A stretch of DNA of 64,000 nt from assembly GCA_026770705.1 (NCBI GenBank), contig JANJGN010000041.1, positions 5,146,001-5,210,000 on the forward strand, written 5' to 3'. The translations under genes and the position numbers were made by a program. This document shows, in pieces, positions 1 to 13,235 of this stretch. The first letter of the stretch is position 1. Each line of letters opens with the position of its first letter. The notes under the pieces were generated by a model, which worked only from the letters and a program-made list of their open reading frames with translations, was not told where the DNA came from and made no database searches. This DNA comes from Isurus oxyrinchus (Eukaryota).

Positions 1-129
1 GTAGCTGACATGTGTCGGAACTCCATCAATGCACATTGGCTCCATGATACTTGAACATTTTTCAAAATGAAAGCTACCAAATGCAGTTTTTAAAATGATT
101 CATTTGTTTTCTAAATTAACCTGAAAGCA

Positions 130-530
130 CCATGTTGTTAATCCTTGTCTCCTCGTACTACCCCTCTCCCTGTAGTCGCTTACTGATATATTGCATCATT
201 CATATACCATGTTTCCAAATCCCGAGATCTGCTCATCCCCTCCTTATCTCTGAAATCACCTCCTGCCCAATAATTAATTCAGGTATTAATGGTTCTCGAA
301 TTCACCCCTCATTTGCTTTCCTTGGCAGGAATGCATTCTGCTGCTGGAGCCTCGAGCTCCTGTATTCCGTCTGTTAGCCTCTCCACCTCTCTCTTCCCGT
401 TTTAGATAATCCCTAAAATAAAATGTTCTCATTTGAACTTGAGGTCGACTATTCTTAATATGTTTCGGGGAGGGTTTTGGTAATTTATCCCACTCTCAGG
501 CTTCTGTGTGGCGCCTTGGGACATTTCTTC
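130..530 (+). mobile_element. L2-like LINE 3' fragment
   Basis: Pyrimidine-rich decayed sequence resembling L2 3' ends; no ORF. Confidence 0.4.
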
Positions 531-594
531 ACTCACCTGGAGGGACAAAGATATCACCTTGCTAATTGGGCAGTGCAGACGCCTCCGTTCATCT

Positions 595-1135
595 CAGTTT
601 GACACGATTGGAGCACTCTGAGTATGGCTGGTCCCATATCCCTCACTTCTAACACAGTCTGAGGACCGTGTGCAGTGTTGGTGTCTGTATCCCTCTGCTA
701 GAGCACCCTTGGAGAACTGTCCGCAGTTCTGGTCTCCATATCACTCGGTTAGACCACACTTGGAGCGCTGAGCAAAATTCTGGTCACAATATCCCTCGGT
801 TTGTTAACATTTGTAGCACTGTGCACATTTCTGGTCTCGATATCCCTCTGTTAGACCGCACTTGGAGCGTTGTGCACAGATCCGGTCTCCATATCCATTC
901 GTTAGCCGAAGCATGGAGCTCTGTGCACAGTTATGGTCTAATATGCGTTGGTTAGACCACACCTGGAGTATTGTGAACAGTCCTGGTCACCATACCACTC
1001 GGTTAGACCCCACCTGGAGCACAGTACACAGTTCCAGTGTCAATATCTCTCAGTTACACCATATAAGGAGCACTGTGCACGCTTGTTGCCTCCATTAGCC
1101 TCGGCTGGGCCGCATGCAGAGCACTGGAAGCAGCG
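595..1135 (+). repeat. 51-bp minisatellite derived from the CR1 ORF2 C-terminus
   Basis: Unit gttagaccacacttggagcactgtgcacagttctggtctccatatccctcg recurs at ~748, 850, 901, 951, 1002, 1053. It translates to the CR1 motif VRPHLEYC.QFWSPY. Confidence 0.88.
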
Positions 1136-2029
1136 CCGTTCCCTGGGATGGTGATGGCCCTGGCCTTTGGGACAATGGATGTGAGTTCTGATTCTGCGAG
1201 TGTGTGACTGCATTGGTGGGGGAAGATGCAAATGTGCCCTAGGCATTCCCTGACCTCCCCTCCCCAGCACAGTCAATATGTTGACACAGCGGCACTGAAG
1301 TGCCCCCAAGGGGCACTGATGTAGTTATTTGATTCAATAGCAGTGGGGCAGGGTTCATTGGTCTACACATGCATCAGTGAACCGAACACACTGGACCTTC
1401 CTCATCCCACTGCAAATCCCCATTCCAGCACAGAGCCGTGAACAAGCCATGCAACACACTGCCCTCCAGACTCCTGCCCTCGACTACATTGCCTGCTCCC
1501 ATGACTGCACTTCCACAAAAACCAAGCATTCCTATAACCTCCCAACGATTGAATAGCTCTCGCTGCCATGGGGACATGGTCATTTTCCCCCTGCACACTA
1601 CAGCCGCTGCTTCGAACCCTACTGGCTGCCAGAGCCTGTAGCACAATCAGGAAGCCTGAGGCTCCTCCATTTTTTCCTCCTGTGTTCCCCATGCCTGCCT
1701 CACTCGCAGGCATCCCCTCTTGTCCCTAGCCACTGATCGAATCAGAAGACCATGTCCTGAATAATGTGACTGCCCTCTAGTACAAATGACCAGGCAAATG
1801 CCCCACTCCCAGAGGCATCAATGTGTCAGCGGATGGACCTCCATCTGACACTCACTGTAACCCTCCCTCTTTGTCTTCCAAGTTATTTCTCCATTTTTCT
1901 CTCTCACACATTCTCTCTCCCCCAAACACGTGTTTCTCCACCTGTTTCCTTATTGCATCCCTTCTCTGAATCTCTTGCTCAGTTCCTCCCTCTCTCATCT
2001 CCATATCTTGAATATTATCTCTTGATGAT

Positions 2030-2185
2030 ATTTTCACTTATTCACGGGACGTGGGCTTCGCTGGCTGGGTCCAGAATTTACTGCTCATCAGTAATTTCTC
2101 CCATGAGAAGGTGGTGGGGGAGCCATGTTCCTGAACTGCTGCAGTCCATGTGGTGTCCATACACCCACCGTGCTGTAAGGAATAG
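2030..2185 (-). mobile_element. HER1-type LINE / HE1-type SINE 3' tail fragment
   Basis: gggacgtgggcttcgctggc..gagaaggtggtg..gaactgctgcagtccatgtggtgt is the reverse complement of the tail seen at 36050-36220 and 30310-30480. Confidence 0.7.
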
Positions 2186-2649
2186 AATTAAAGCTTCACG
2201 CTCTGTTCTGCTGTTTGGCTATTTTTGTCACCTTTGCTCCTCCTTCTCCAGCTCCATCTTCCACTCATGCAAACTCTGTGTCTCACTCTCCATCTCCCTT
2301 TCTCTCTTTCACTCCGCCTTCCACATCTGCATTGATGGTTAAATATTTCCAATTTTAGTCCCCTGCTGGTTGGTTAATAATTTACCCCTGAAGCGGAACT
2401 GTGCTTTCTGCAGTCACCATCTTGTCTGACTCCAGATAGGAATGAGCTGTCCCTGAATATGATCCAGAAGTTGACTGCCTTCGTTTGGGGACAATATGCA
2501 ATCCCTCAATGAATGAGTGTCCAAATATCATCAGATTAATTGATCTAAAGCGGTGAAATAATGTGAAGAGATTTTTTATCAGTAGTGTATATGTCTAGAT
2601 ATATTTTTAGCGTGCTAAAAATTGACCCAATGCCATGTGGTTCCACTAG

Positions 2650-3200
2650 ATACGCGTTGAATTTCGACTCCTCGCAGGCCCATCCCATTCTGAATATATC
2701 CCACTGGGCTGCAAAATCTGGTGAGCCGGCCCTGCAGCTGGTGATGATTATTCCCAGGGACATTGATGGGGAAGTCTGAGCCATTGGCTTCAGGGTATCA
2801 TTCGGTGAGTTTGGCTATGTCAGGCCATTGATCGTGCAGTCTCTGGGGCAATGCTCCAAATGTTGTCATTCCCTTGAACACTCAAGTGCTGATCAGACAC
2901 AATGTCCACGTGACAGCATTTGTGCCCTCCTCGAACTCACTTCCACTGAATGGGGGCAGTGGACACGCTGGCACAAATCGGCACCAAGTTAAATGGCAGC
3001 CCTGCTCAGGGGCCCAAACTCACGGACTGGGCACTGGAGGTTCTGAATGATGCGCCGCAGAGGTGGAGCAATGCACTGCAGAGCTTCATCTGACTGACCC
3101 AAGCTCAACTTTCTGCCCCTCTCCTCCTCCAACCGCTGACATTGTCCTCCCTGGTCTAACACTCTAATCCCATTCCCCGTCATGACCAGGTGGATCTCTA
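2650..3200. mobile_element. Decayed PIF/Harbinger-like remnant
   Basis: Broken + strand translation near 2900-3005 (SICALLEL..GSGHA) resembles Harbinger transposase N-termini; weak. Confidence 0.4.
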
Positions 3201-4199
3201 GCACAATGACAGTCAACAAGAACTCTCATCGTCCCGGAGAATCCAGGAAATGGTCCAACATATTCGAGGAGCCTTGCACTGATCTTGTTCAGTTGATGCC
3301 TGCTGGTGTACTGGATTGTGAAACTGTGCCTGAAGCCGTGTCTCACACTCAACCTGCTCAAAGCTGGGTGCACTGCACAACATACAGCTGGCCACAATTG
3401 TCGATAGTCAGCTCCTGAATTATTCTTCATGTGTTACCATCTGCAACAGCCTACAACTCATGGATGCACCCGCACACTGACTGGTGCACACCAGTCCATG
3501 TCCTGTGTCCATAAACCTGCCTTTGCCCCATTTCACTCAAAACATCTGACGGTAAAACATCCCTCCATCTCATCTTTAAAGTTAATATCATCCTTTCACT
3601 AATTGCCATTTGTGGAAGAGAGATGAAACTCTCTGTTACCCTTTGTGTGACGATATGTCCCTTTGCGAGAATAACAAAGCAGCGGGAATATCTTCTACAT
3701 ATCCAACTTCGCTCGAATCTAATCGAATATTTAAGATTCTTGATCAAAGGCACAGTGATTCTGGCTTCGGTACAACAATCTAACGCTAGCTTGTACCCTA
3801 TATTATTATTCTGCTCCAAGTGCAGAGTGCTCCAGACTGTCCTGCCACAAATTCCCCATCACATTACAAATCGATTCCTCAGGTTATTCTTCTAGTCAGT
3901 CAGCATGCACGTTCTGGCTCCTGCTTAATTCTGATGCTGGAGCCATTGGAGCCCAAATTTGGCCAAATGCAATCTCAGTTCACACCTTACCTTTTTACTC
4001 TCGTTAAAGCTACATAAAAGCAGTTGACTTTTAAAGAGAAGCCAAGTCAAAGGCATCTTAACAATATTCCAATAATAGCAACATATCAATGAATTTCATC
4101 AATAGCACCATGTACAATAGAATTGCTATTGTAGGTAACAATAATTACACCAATGTATCAATGAGCTGATTCCTAACAAGGTTAGAACATAATTTTCTT

Positions 4200-5270
4200 T
4201 TCGATATGCCTTACCCCGCACTTGACACTCTCTCCTGCATTCTTCAGTGAATCAGGCTTGATCCTTTGCTTTGAACGTTATGGTGGTGTCAGGAATATGT
4301 CAGGCAATGACCTTGCAGGTTGTATTTGAATTTAATTTCGCTGCTGCTGATGGCTCTTGACGCCTTGTGGATGTTGAGATTTGAGCTGTGTGATCTGGTC
4401 TGAATCTATCCCGTTGAATCCAGTGATTTTCAGAGAATACATTGGAGAGTGTCCTCAGTGCGAAGACCATCATCACAAGGCCTGTGTGGTGTGTCATTCC
4501 CATCAACACTGTCAGGGACAGATGCAACTGTAGCAAGTAGATTGCTGAGGATGATATCATGTAGAAATAAGGCTCTCGTTGGTTCACCTGCCGCAGGCTT
4601 ATTCTGCCATTCAGCGCTCGGACACCTAGGTCTGTAACGGTGACCCTGAGCCACTCTTGGTAATGGACATGCAGAGAACATTATGTGCATTTAATATGCT
4701 CATTGCTTTTTCCATGTTGTGTTTAACATGGAGGAGTATACATTGAACAGATTCGGGAAAATGGTATGTGGGAGTCAGCAGGATGTTCCATTTCTAATGT
4801 TTGCCCACCTGCCTTGCGACATCAGAGAGACTGGAGTCTGTGTTGAGCACTCCTGTCACAAGCCTAAAGTTATGCATTTCTCTGTGTCAACACGTCAGGA
4901 AGAACTTTTCATTCAGTGGGTCATAACTTACCCAGGGATATGGGCGATGAATCTGTGACATTGCCTTTTAAGTTATGATTATTCCAGTGTGATTATGTTG
5001 GAGCAGCCGGGTGTCAATGTGGCTCTGCCATTACCTGACCTCCCTTCACTCCATGCCGATATGGTGACGCACCGATCCGAGTGCGAATTGAGACATGGAC
5101 AAGAGGCAGTCATCGATGCAGCCAGTTTCATTCACATGCTGCGGAAAGCAGTGGGCCGGGGTCATTAGATCCTCAGAATCTATCAGAGCAGGATTTATGG
5201 AATTACAGATAGCTCCAGTCGGAGCCATGGACATCTCGCATATAGGGACATGTTATGTTTAGGCAAGTAA
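4200..5270 (-). mobile_element. HER1-type (CR1-group) LINE ORF2 fragment
   Basis: Minus-strand translation GEPTRALFLHDIILSNLLATVASVPDSVDGNDTPH resembles the endonuclease end (EPTR..LDL.L.NL...D). Many stops. Confidence 0.65.
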
Positions 5271-5399
5271 TTTCTTATGCAGCAAGTGAGCCAAAAATAT
5301 GAAGTATGCCAAGAACCACCTCTCATATCTGTAACATCGGACAAATCTGCAGGTGCCTCCCAAATCATCACACTCTCTCCATTGTCCTTGGAAACAGAA

Positions 5400-5842
5400 A
5401 GGGATAATTCAGTGCTACAAAATTTCAAAGCTCTGCCGCATCTGGCTGCCATGCAACCAAATTCACTGGAGACCAGAATTGTGCACAGTTCTCCAGCTGT
5501 CGTCTAACCGATGGATATGGAGACCAGAACTGTGCGTGCTGCTCCAATGTGGTCCAACCGAGTAACATGGAGGCCTGAACTGTGCACAGTTCTCTAAGTG
5601 TGGTGGATCCGAGATATATTGAGGCCAGAGCTGTGCACAGTGTTCCAGGCGTGGTATAACCGATTGATATGGCGGATGGAATTGTGCACAGTGCTACATG
5701 TGCCGTCAAACAGAGCGGTATGGAGAGCAGACCTGTGCACATGGATCCAGTTGTTTTCGAACGGAGGGGCATGGAGGTTTGAACTGTGCATAGTGTTCCA
5801 GGTGTGTTGAAACCGATGGTTGTGGAGATGGGACTGTGCACA
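5400..5842 (-). repeat. 51-bp CR1-derived minisatellite, opposite orientation
   Basis: Repeated ggagaccagaactgtgcacagtgctcca..tgtggtctaacc, the reverse complement of the 595-1135 unit. Minus-strand ORF reads LEQHAQFWSPY..LENCAQFWSP. Confidence 0.85.
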
Positions 5843-6199
5843 AGGGAAATGCTGCACCTTCTGCATAAAGGGAGAGTGGCAATGGAGGGTTTTGAAACAC
5901 GGGCCAACAGGCTGGTAGGTAACCTCCTGCCCTGCAGGGCAGTATTGTCCTAGGGGAGTGAATGGTGATGAAGATGTCTCCCCAGATCTGCCGAGGACAG
6001 ACACACTGCAGCAGAGCCATAAAACCCTGACCAAAGTTTATAGGTATTGCAGCATCTCACTGAGGGTCATCACGTAGATGGGAGGAACAAGGCAACTAGG
6101 ATAGTTGCTTGGGTTATTATCGACAATTATGAGTAATTTTCTTCTAAAGACGATTTATGGAAGGGTGGAAAATGGATATGGACAGCTTTCTCTTTAGGA

Positions 6200-9160
6200 A
6201 ACTTTTTAAGGTTTGTGGAACAAAGAGGGGCAGATGAAGTTAAGACACCAATTTGAAACCTCATTCATTGTATCAAGTGACTTTACAAAAATGAATTGCA
6301 ATCAGCAGAAGTGACTTTGAGGGTCGTACAGAAATTGCCCATATATTGTACATTTAAATCTCGGGAATTATATGGCCGGGTGACAGACATTGACAATGCC
6401 TTGACATGAAGCGATTAATGTCCATAATGAATAGGAAATTCTTTAAATACTGGGATTGTAGTAGTGTCTATGTTTATGTTAGTGTCTGTGTATCTTAACT
6501 GGATGAAAGCCAGCAAGGCTGGTTGATTGATGTGTAGTAATTTTCGATTTTAGTTAGATAAAGAGAAGCAGTAAAAGGAATGCATATTTGTTGAACAAAC
6601 CATTCAAAATATTGGATTAAATATTACTCCTAGCTACACGACACCATAGCAATGTCTTTATATTGCTATTAAAATTTTGGAATGAAAGGATTATTGTTAG
6701 CAGAGGTAAAATAAAAAAAAATAGTAAAGCTAATGAAAAATTGCATTCAAAGGGAAGGCTAGATTTAAGCAGAAACTTGTTTGTACATACGAGTCATTGA
6801 CAGCTATGATCAAACCATGCTGTCAGCCTGGATCTGTTTCTGCAGTAGAAACAAATTGGTGTTAATTTATTAAATGTTGACTTTAGTTTTACATTAAAAA
6901 CTTCGTGAAGATTGATGGTTTTATTTCTGAATTCAGAGTTGCATCTCAAGCGTACCAGTATAGGCTATTACAGTTGTTCAATTTTCCTTTTGATTTTAGG
7001 CAAATAAGCCTTAATCAATTGCTGTGTCGTAACAGCCTATTGTAGTAGAACAACCTGTTGAGACAGAATCAGCAGAGAACGTACAGAAAGAGAACCATAG
7101 TGTTTCCAGACTGTGTGGTGACTAAACCACAGTTGTGCACATTTACACAGGAAGTGGAATAATCTAACGGACAGGCAGACAATGCTGAAATTCATTTGGT
7201 TGGATAAACCCTTGAAAATATTGCTCAGGATGAGTGTGCTGAAGAGGATGAGACTGAAGTATTCAGTTCATTAGTGGAGCTAAATATGCAATGCCCACTC
7301 GTAACGCAATTAAACGTCACCGGTTACTCTGAAGTAGAAGCAGAATGCATTACAGAGTTTATTTACATTCAGAACAACGTGTTAATGAAGAAGTAGAGGC
7401 AGTGTCTTGTTCATGTAGATGGAAAGTGGACAGTAGTGCACGAAGTAGTGATACCATCTGCGTAATGGAATTAAAATTTGAGAGCACCTCATGAAATTCC
7501 AATCGCTGTACATGTGGGAAGTAGGAAAACCCAAGATAATTACAATGGAGCAAATAGTCTATTGGACTTGACTACATGAAGATGTACACAGATTCTGTCA
7601 AACATGTCGCATATGTCAGTTGAAAGGATAAGCTATAGCATTTGTTAAACCACCACATTTAATTATAATGCCAGCGTTTGAGGAATCATTTAAACAGTGT
7701 CCTGATTGATTGTGTAGGACACCTCCCTCAGACTAAAAGTGGGAATCAGTACTTACTGACAGTCATATATGTGTCCATGAGATTTCCAGAAGCTTGTCGT
7801 TAAGGAAAAATGCAGCAAAGTGGAGTAAATCATTTTTCATTACAAGATATGGATTAAGAAAAGAAAGACAGTCGGATCAAGGCTCGAATTTCATATCACA
7901 GCTGTGTAGATAAGTTATGTACAGCCTAGGAATATAACAATTTATGAAGTCAGCGGATCTCCCTGAATCACAGTGTGCCTTAGAAAGGTGGTAACACTGC
8001 ATGAAGGCTATAATTATCGCATGAGTTCAAGGCTATCCACATGGTAATTTTCGAGGGATTTTATTCTTTTTGGTTTCCTTTACGGACATCCTTAATGTGT
8101 CAAAAGGATTCAGTCCTTTTGAGTTAATTTATGGTCATGCAATGAGGGGAAAGTGCAATCTGATTGAGGCGAACTTCGTGGGGCAAAGTTCAGATACTAC
8201 TTTTTTTGGACATGTGGCGAATTTCAGAGAAAGAGTGAGGAACGCATCTGAGCTAAGCAAGAAAATGTTAGTTATACCTCAGCAAGAGACAAAGGCAAAT
8301 ACAGCTCAAAGGACAAAGGCTCGTAGTTTTTTTTAGGTGTCGGCAAAGTGTTAGTTTTGTTCCCAGTGTCAGGTGAACATTTCAAGGCAATGTTTAGCGG
8401 GCCTTACCAAGTTGAAATGGGGCTGAGTGTAGTAAACTATGTAATAAAGTACCCCAGGTAGAAGGAAGAGCCGGCCGGTGTATCATTAAAATTGGCTTAA
8501 ATATATATTTTAACAGACAGAATAAACAGGAAGAGGTACAGCTAGTTGTAAGTAAGGGAACAGAGGTAAAGGCTAAGGATTCTGAAACTTACCTACCTCT
8601 GATTTAAACGCATAATCAGGAAGTACTGAGGAACATAAATTTGTGCTTTGGTTACTTTCCAGAAAAGCGTCAAAAGTGATTGAAAAAAACTATTGCAGTC
8701 ATATAAAGCAATTATTGGAAGTCAATTGGGGAATGCATAGTCGGCTGTACATGATATTGAGCTGGGGAACTGAGCTTCAAAAAGGCAACACGATGAGAGA
8801 TGAAATCCAGTAAAATCACCAATAGTGCAGGAGGAAATTCAATTTCTGCTTCAACACGACAGGATTGTGCCTAGTCACACTAATTGGAGTTCAGCCATTG
8901 TAATGGTGCGGAAAACAAATTGCTTACAAACACTATGTATTCATTACTGAAAAAAATGAACGCTACAACAAAGGCAGATTCATATCACAGGCGATGATCA
9001 GACAGATGATAGCAAGATATCCGGACAGTCAACACCTACCAAAAATCTGACTTGCTGCGAGGATACCCTTATTTGAAAGGGCATTAGTTTTTCTGATGCT
9101 GGATGGTCTACATCAATGCCATTATGGAATGCACTTTGGCATGAAAAATAAATGCACCAG
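6200..9160 (+). mobile_element. Decayed Gypsy LTR retrotransposon, Gmr1-like (integrase before RT)
   Basis: Integrase motifs at ~7690-8150 (VLIDCVGHLPQTKSGNQYLLTV..SMRFPEA, QSDQGSNF, GFSPFELIYGH) and a GPY motif at ~8400. RT start at ~8820-9140 (SHTNWSSAIVMVRK, NATTKADSY). An RNase H-like end near 6280-6420 is followed by AT-rich LTR-like sequence. Confidence 0.85.
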
Positions 9161-10665
9161 CAGTGCTTCCTTGCAAGGATAATGGAAGATGATGCAGTTG
9201 TTGAAATGATTGAATTTGAAATTTAAAAAAAAAACAGAGCTATGGAGAATGAGTAGATATAGAGTGGGCAGAATTCGGTTGCTCTGGAAAAGCACCAAGG
9301 GAGGCTCAATGGCCAAAACGGCCTTATTTTGTGCATAATGATTCTTACTTCTAACACAGAGACATTTTTTATTAAACATTCTCCAGTTCAATCATTAAAC
9401 AGACCTCCCTCTTAATTACCACAAATCTGCCTTGGGATAGTTAGTGCATCGTCATCACTCTTAAAGTGCAGCCAATCCCCATTGTGCCCGTGTTATTATT
9501 AACTAGTGAACATTCGCTCAATTCCTATAAGGAACATTAGCGCTCCGGTTATCTCCTTGTGACTCTCAGGAGCTCAGGAAATGATGTCAAAAGTTCTGTT
9601 CGTGGTACTTGGTTTCCTTTTGCTGGGAGAGACTCTCTTCTATCTCGCTGATAGAGATTGTACAATTGGGAGGTGAGCAAGTCTCTCAATAGTGATTCTT
9701 GAGCAATATTGATTGGAACAGGAGTCCATTCAACCACTCAATCCTGTGATGCCACTGAATTTGGCAGATATTTGCTTTACTCCATCAGCCAAGCACTGTT
9801 AAAATGATTTCCAAATGCAAATTTACCAATTTTAGTGTTGTGCATTTTCACACAATTGGCTTAAATTGTTTTTTTTTTAATTTACATTAACAGCAGCGAG
9901 CCTCAGCATAAAAGCAAATCTCCTTTTACCCTCCTAACTCTCAATTGCATTCGGCCCCTCGGTAATGTATTCCATGAAGGCAATACCACGTGGACTAATC
10001 CTTCCCTTTTCCATCTTTTCTGATTGTTGTCTCCATCTCCATCCTTGTCATGTCCTGCGGCCTCACAACCCTGAGGGGATATCTGCGCCCCACTGACACT
10101 GTCAGATTGTGCATCCAATATTGGAGGCTGTGCCTTCAGATGCCCCTGAAATCCATCCCTCTGTTCATGAGGCTTGGTATAAGTTGCTTTTCATCATGTT
10201 CGTGTTAAGTTCACTAATTGTTATTATATTAAATTGAAGGTGCAACGGAAGTTGCTTTCATTCTGGCTGTGCAAAGCTCAAACCACCATATTCATTTGTG
10301 AGACAATCTTTTGATTAAATGCACAGATAAAGTGGCTCTGAGAGACCACACTTGGGAAACAGTTAAAGGCATCCGGAATGCAACGTTTCTACAATGCTTT
10401 TGATGTTGACCAGGTGAGCTTTGGTTAAAATGGATATTTGGAGCACTTTGTCAATCTGTATAATATTTGCTTGCAACACTGATCTTACTTGTTTCGGCAG
10501 TTACCATCCTGTCTGACTGTATTGAACAAGCTGCTATGATCTGTAATTAATGAATCATCCCAGTATAGAATCCAGCCGCTCATGGCCCGTGTGTGTGGAC
10601 AATATACAAACCGCCCACTCCTTACTCTCCTAACTTCACTCGTACAATCTATTAACACATCGGGC

Positions 10666-11155
10666 TGTTGTTGTGCTAACTTTGACCAACGGATGACAGG
10701 AGGCTCAGATACAGGTCACGATTGTTTATTAAAGCAATTGCAAAGGGAGAACCATCTCAAGGCATCATGAGATAGCACACGGACAAACTGCAAGCATGTT
10801 TTATATACCACTGATCCCATAAAATAACATTACTGAAATCCCCTTCTTGGTGGAATTTATATTATATCATAGATGTTCTTTCACGCCGGCAGAAATGTCA
10901 GCCCCTATCCTGGCTGGACTAACTGTCCTTCCCTAATCACTTGAAAAGAGCACTTAATCTATGTTGTTGTCATCCTCTGTCTCAAATCAGGCTCTCAAGG
11001 CCTTTCTGTTGTTTGCAGGCTCTAAGGTTGTGCAATGTTCAACTGGTAACTTTGTCTGTTAATGTGCTTGATAGGTCTGGTTGCATGGAGATTTTAAGTC
11101 ATTCATTCAGTTTCAATACATTCTTGTTGAATTTTCCTGAACAAACCCCCCTTTT
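10666..11155 (-). mobile_element. Probable 3' LTR of an ERV/LTR element with polypurine tract
   Basis: On the minus strand: PPT AAAAGGGGGG (11146-11155), TG start at ~11143, TATATAAAA at ~10799-10807, AATAAA at ~10725-10730 and a CA end near 10666, in the canonical order. Confidence 0.65.
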
Positions 11156-11299
11156 GGATCTTGGCCTAGCCCAGATTATCCACATTCAGTTGTACTGTCC
11201 GTCTCTTTATGTACCGCCACACATTGATACTGGTCTGTTACCTCGCTTTGAACCTAAAACAGCACTGGTCAGCTCAGCTGTAGAATCTGGCCCGTCACA

Positions 11300-11580
11300 T
11301 GAGGCGCTAATTTTCCTTTGGTCTTTTATGATTTTAGTATCCCTTTGTTCATCTCTAAAATCTTCCCAATCTTCCAACTTGTCAGAGACCCTTGCAATTT
11401 GGTATGCCTTAGTTTTGGAAATTCTGTCACCTTTAACTTCCTAGCTTATCCATGGATGATGGTTTCCCCCTCATACCATCTTTCTTCCTCATTGGAATGA
11501 TAATTCACTTTATTTTTGCGATTGTCACGAGGCACTTTTCATAATTGTATTTAAACACATTTATGTGACTGAAAGTGTTG
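11300..11580 (-). mobile_element. CR1 ORF2 fragment
   Basis: Minus-strand translation PWIS*EVK..KTKAYQIARVSDKLEDWEDFRDEQRDTK matches the CR1 inter-domain region. Confidence 0.65.
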
Positions 11581-12072
11581 TCCAGGTTGATTAGCAGTTT
11601 ACAAATTTGATGCAGCGAAGATCTTAGGGTTTTATGCCAGGTCGAGGGAAAATGTACCCTTGGCTCTAGGTCTGGTGAGTCAGTTTTGATTAATTTATCC
11701 CATTTTGTTTCTCTTCCCGGTAAGTTAGTGATGTTTTTGTTCCTGTCGCGAGGAAAGTGTTATCCTTCAAATGTTATTAATTGCTAGCCGAAGCGCATGG
11801 CTTCGTTCGAGTTCCTGGAAGTCATATCCGATCCGATGTTATAGGGGATTTGATGGGCGAAATTCCCAGTTTTATTGGTGTGCAATACTCGCATCTCGCA
11901 TGTGGAAGGTCAATGTGTTTCTATGTTTCTTTTTCATTCACAATCACACCTTTCTGCTTCACTGTTGCCTTTATCAATGATACGACAGTGGATATTTTTT
12001 GCATGAACCATTTGTATTTCAGCCCTTCAATTTCACATCTTTCTATCTATCGATCCATCCATCTATGTAACT

Positions 12073-12378
12073 AAAACAAAACTTAAAATACCTGGAAAAC
12101 ACTCAGCAGGTCGGGGAGTATCTGTGGAGAGGAACACAGTTAACAATTCGAGTCCTTATGATAGTGATCAGTAGACTTCTATCCAGCTCTACATGTCCCA
12201 CCCCCTCCCTTAAACCAGCTTATATTTCACCTCTTTTCTATTTTTCCTTATTTCTGTGGAAGAGTCATACAAGCTTGAAAGATTAACTGTTTTTCTCTCC
12301 ACAGATGCTGTACGGCCTGCTGAGTTTTTCCAGGTAATGTCATTTTGGATTTCTGGCATCCGCAGTGCTTTGCTTTTA
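12073..12378. mobile_element. Short Penelope-derived element with inverted ends
   Basis: cctggaaaacactcagcaggtc..atctgtggagagga at the left and tctctccacagatgctg..cctgctgagtttttccagg at the right. Matches the ends of the 36850-39330 element. Confidence 0.8.
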
Positions 12379-13158
12379 TCTATCTATCTACCTAAGCATT
12401 TATCTATATATCTATCCACCTGTCTCTCTATCTATCTATCTATCTATCTATCCACATGTCTGTCTATCTATCTATCTATCTACCTAACCATTTATCTATN
12501 NNNNNNNNNNNNNNNNNNNNNNNNNNNNNNNNNNNNNNNNNNNNNNNNNNNNNNNNNNNNNNNNNNNNNNNNNNNNNNNNNNNNNNNNNNNNNNNNNNNN
12601 NNNNNNNNNNNNNNNNNNNNNNNNNNNNNNNNNNNNNNNNNNNNNNNNNNNNNNNNNNNNNNNNNNNNNNNNNNNNNNNNNNNNNNNNNNNNNNNNNNNN
12701 NNNNNNNNNNNNNNNNNNNNNNNNNNNNNNNNNNNNNNNNNNNNNNNNNNNNNNNNNNNNNNNNNNNNNNNNNNNNNNNNNNNNNNNNNNNNNNNNNNNN
12801 NNNNNNNNNNNNNNNNNNNNNNNNNNNNNNNNNNNNNNNNNNNNNNNNNNNNNNNCTGTCTACCTATGTATGTATGTATCCATCTATCTATATATCTATC
12901 TATCTGCCTCCCTATCTATCTGTCTATGTATCTATCCACCTGTCTATCTATTTATCTAACTATGTATCTATCTACCTTTTTATCTATCTATCTATCTACC
13001 AAACGTGTTATCTATCTATCTATCTATCTATGGATCTATTTATGTAACTATGTATCTATGTATGTATCTATCTATCTATCTATCTATTTATCTATCTTTA
13101 GATCTATCTATCTATCCACCTATTTGTTTACCTATCTATCTATATATCTGTCTATCTG

Positions 13159-13204
<46 letters not shown>

Positions 13205-13235
13205 GATCCATATATCTATCTATCTATCATTCCAT
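12378..13235. repeat. (TCTA)n/(GATA)n microsatellite spanning an assembly gap
   Basis: Degenerate tatc repeats on both sides of the N run. Confidence 0.97.
12500..12855. other. Assembly gap (356 N)
   Basis: Run of N characters. Confidence 1.

Noticed and set aside
668-1154. Repeat-protein ORFs over the 51-bp arrays (also 5425-6034)
   Set aside because: A unit length divisible by three keeps frames open; the sequence is CR1-derived with no gene structure.
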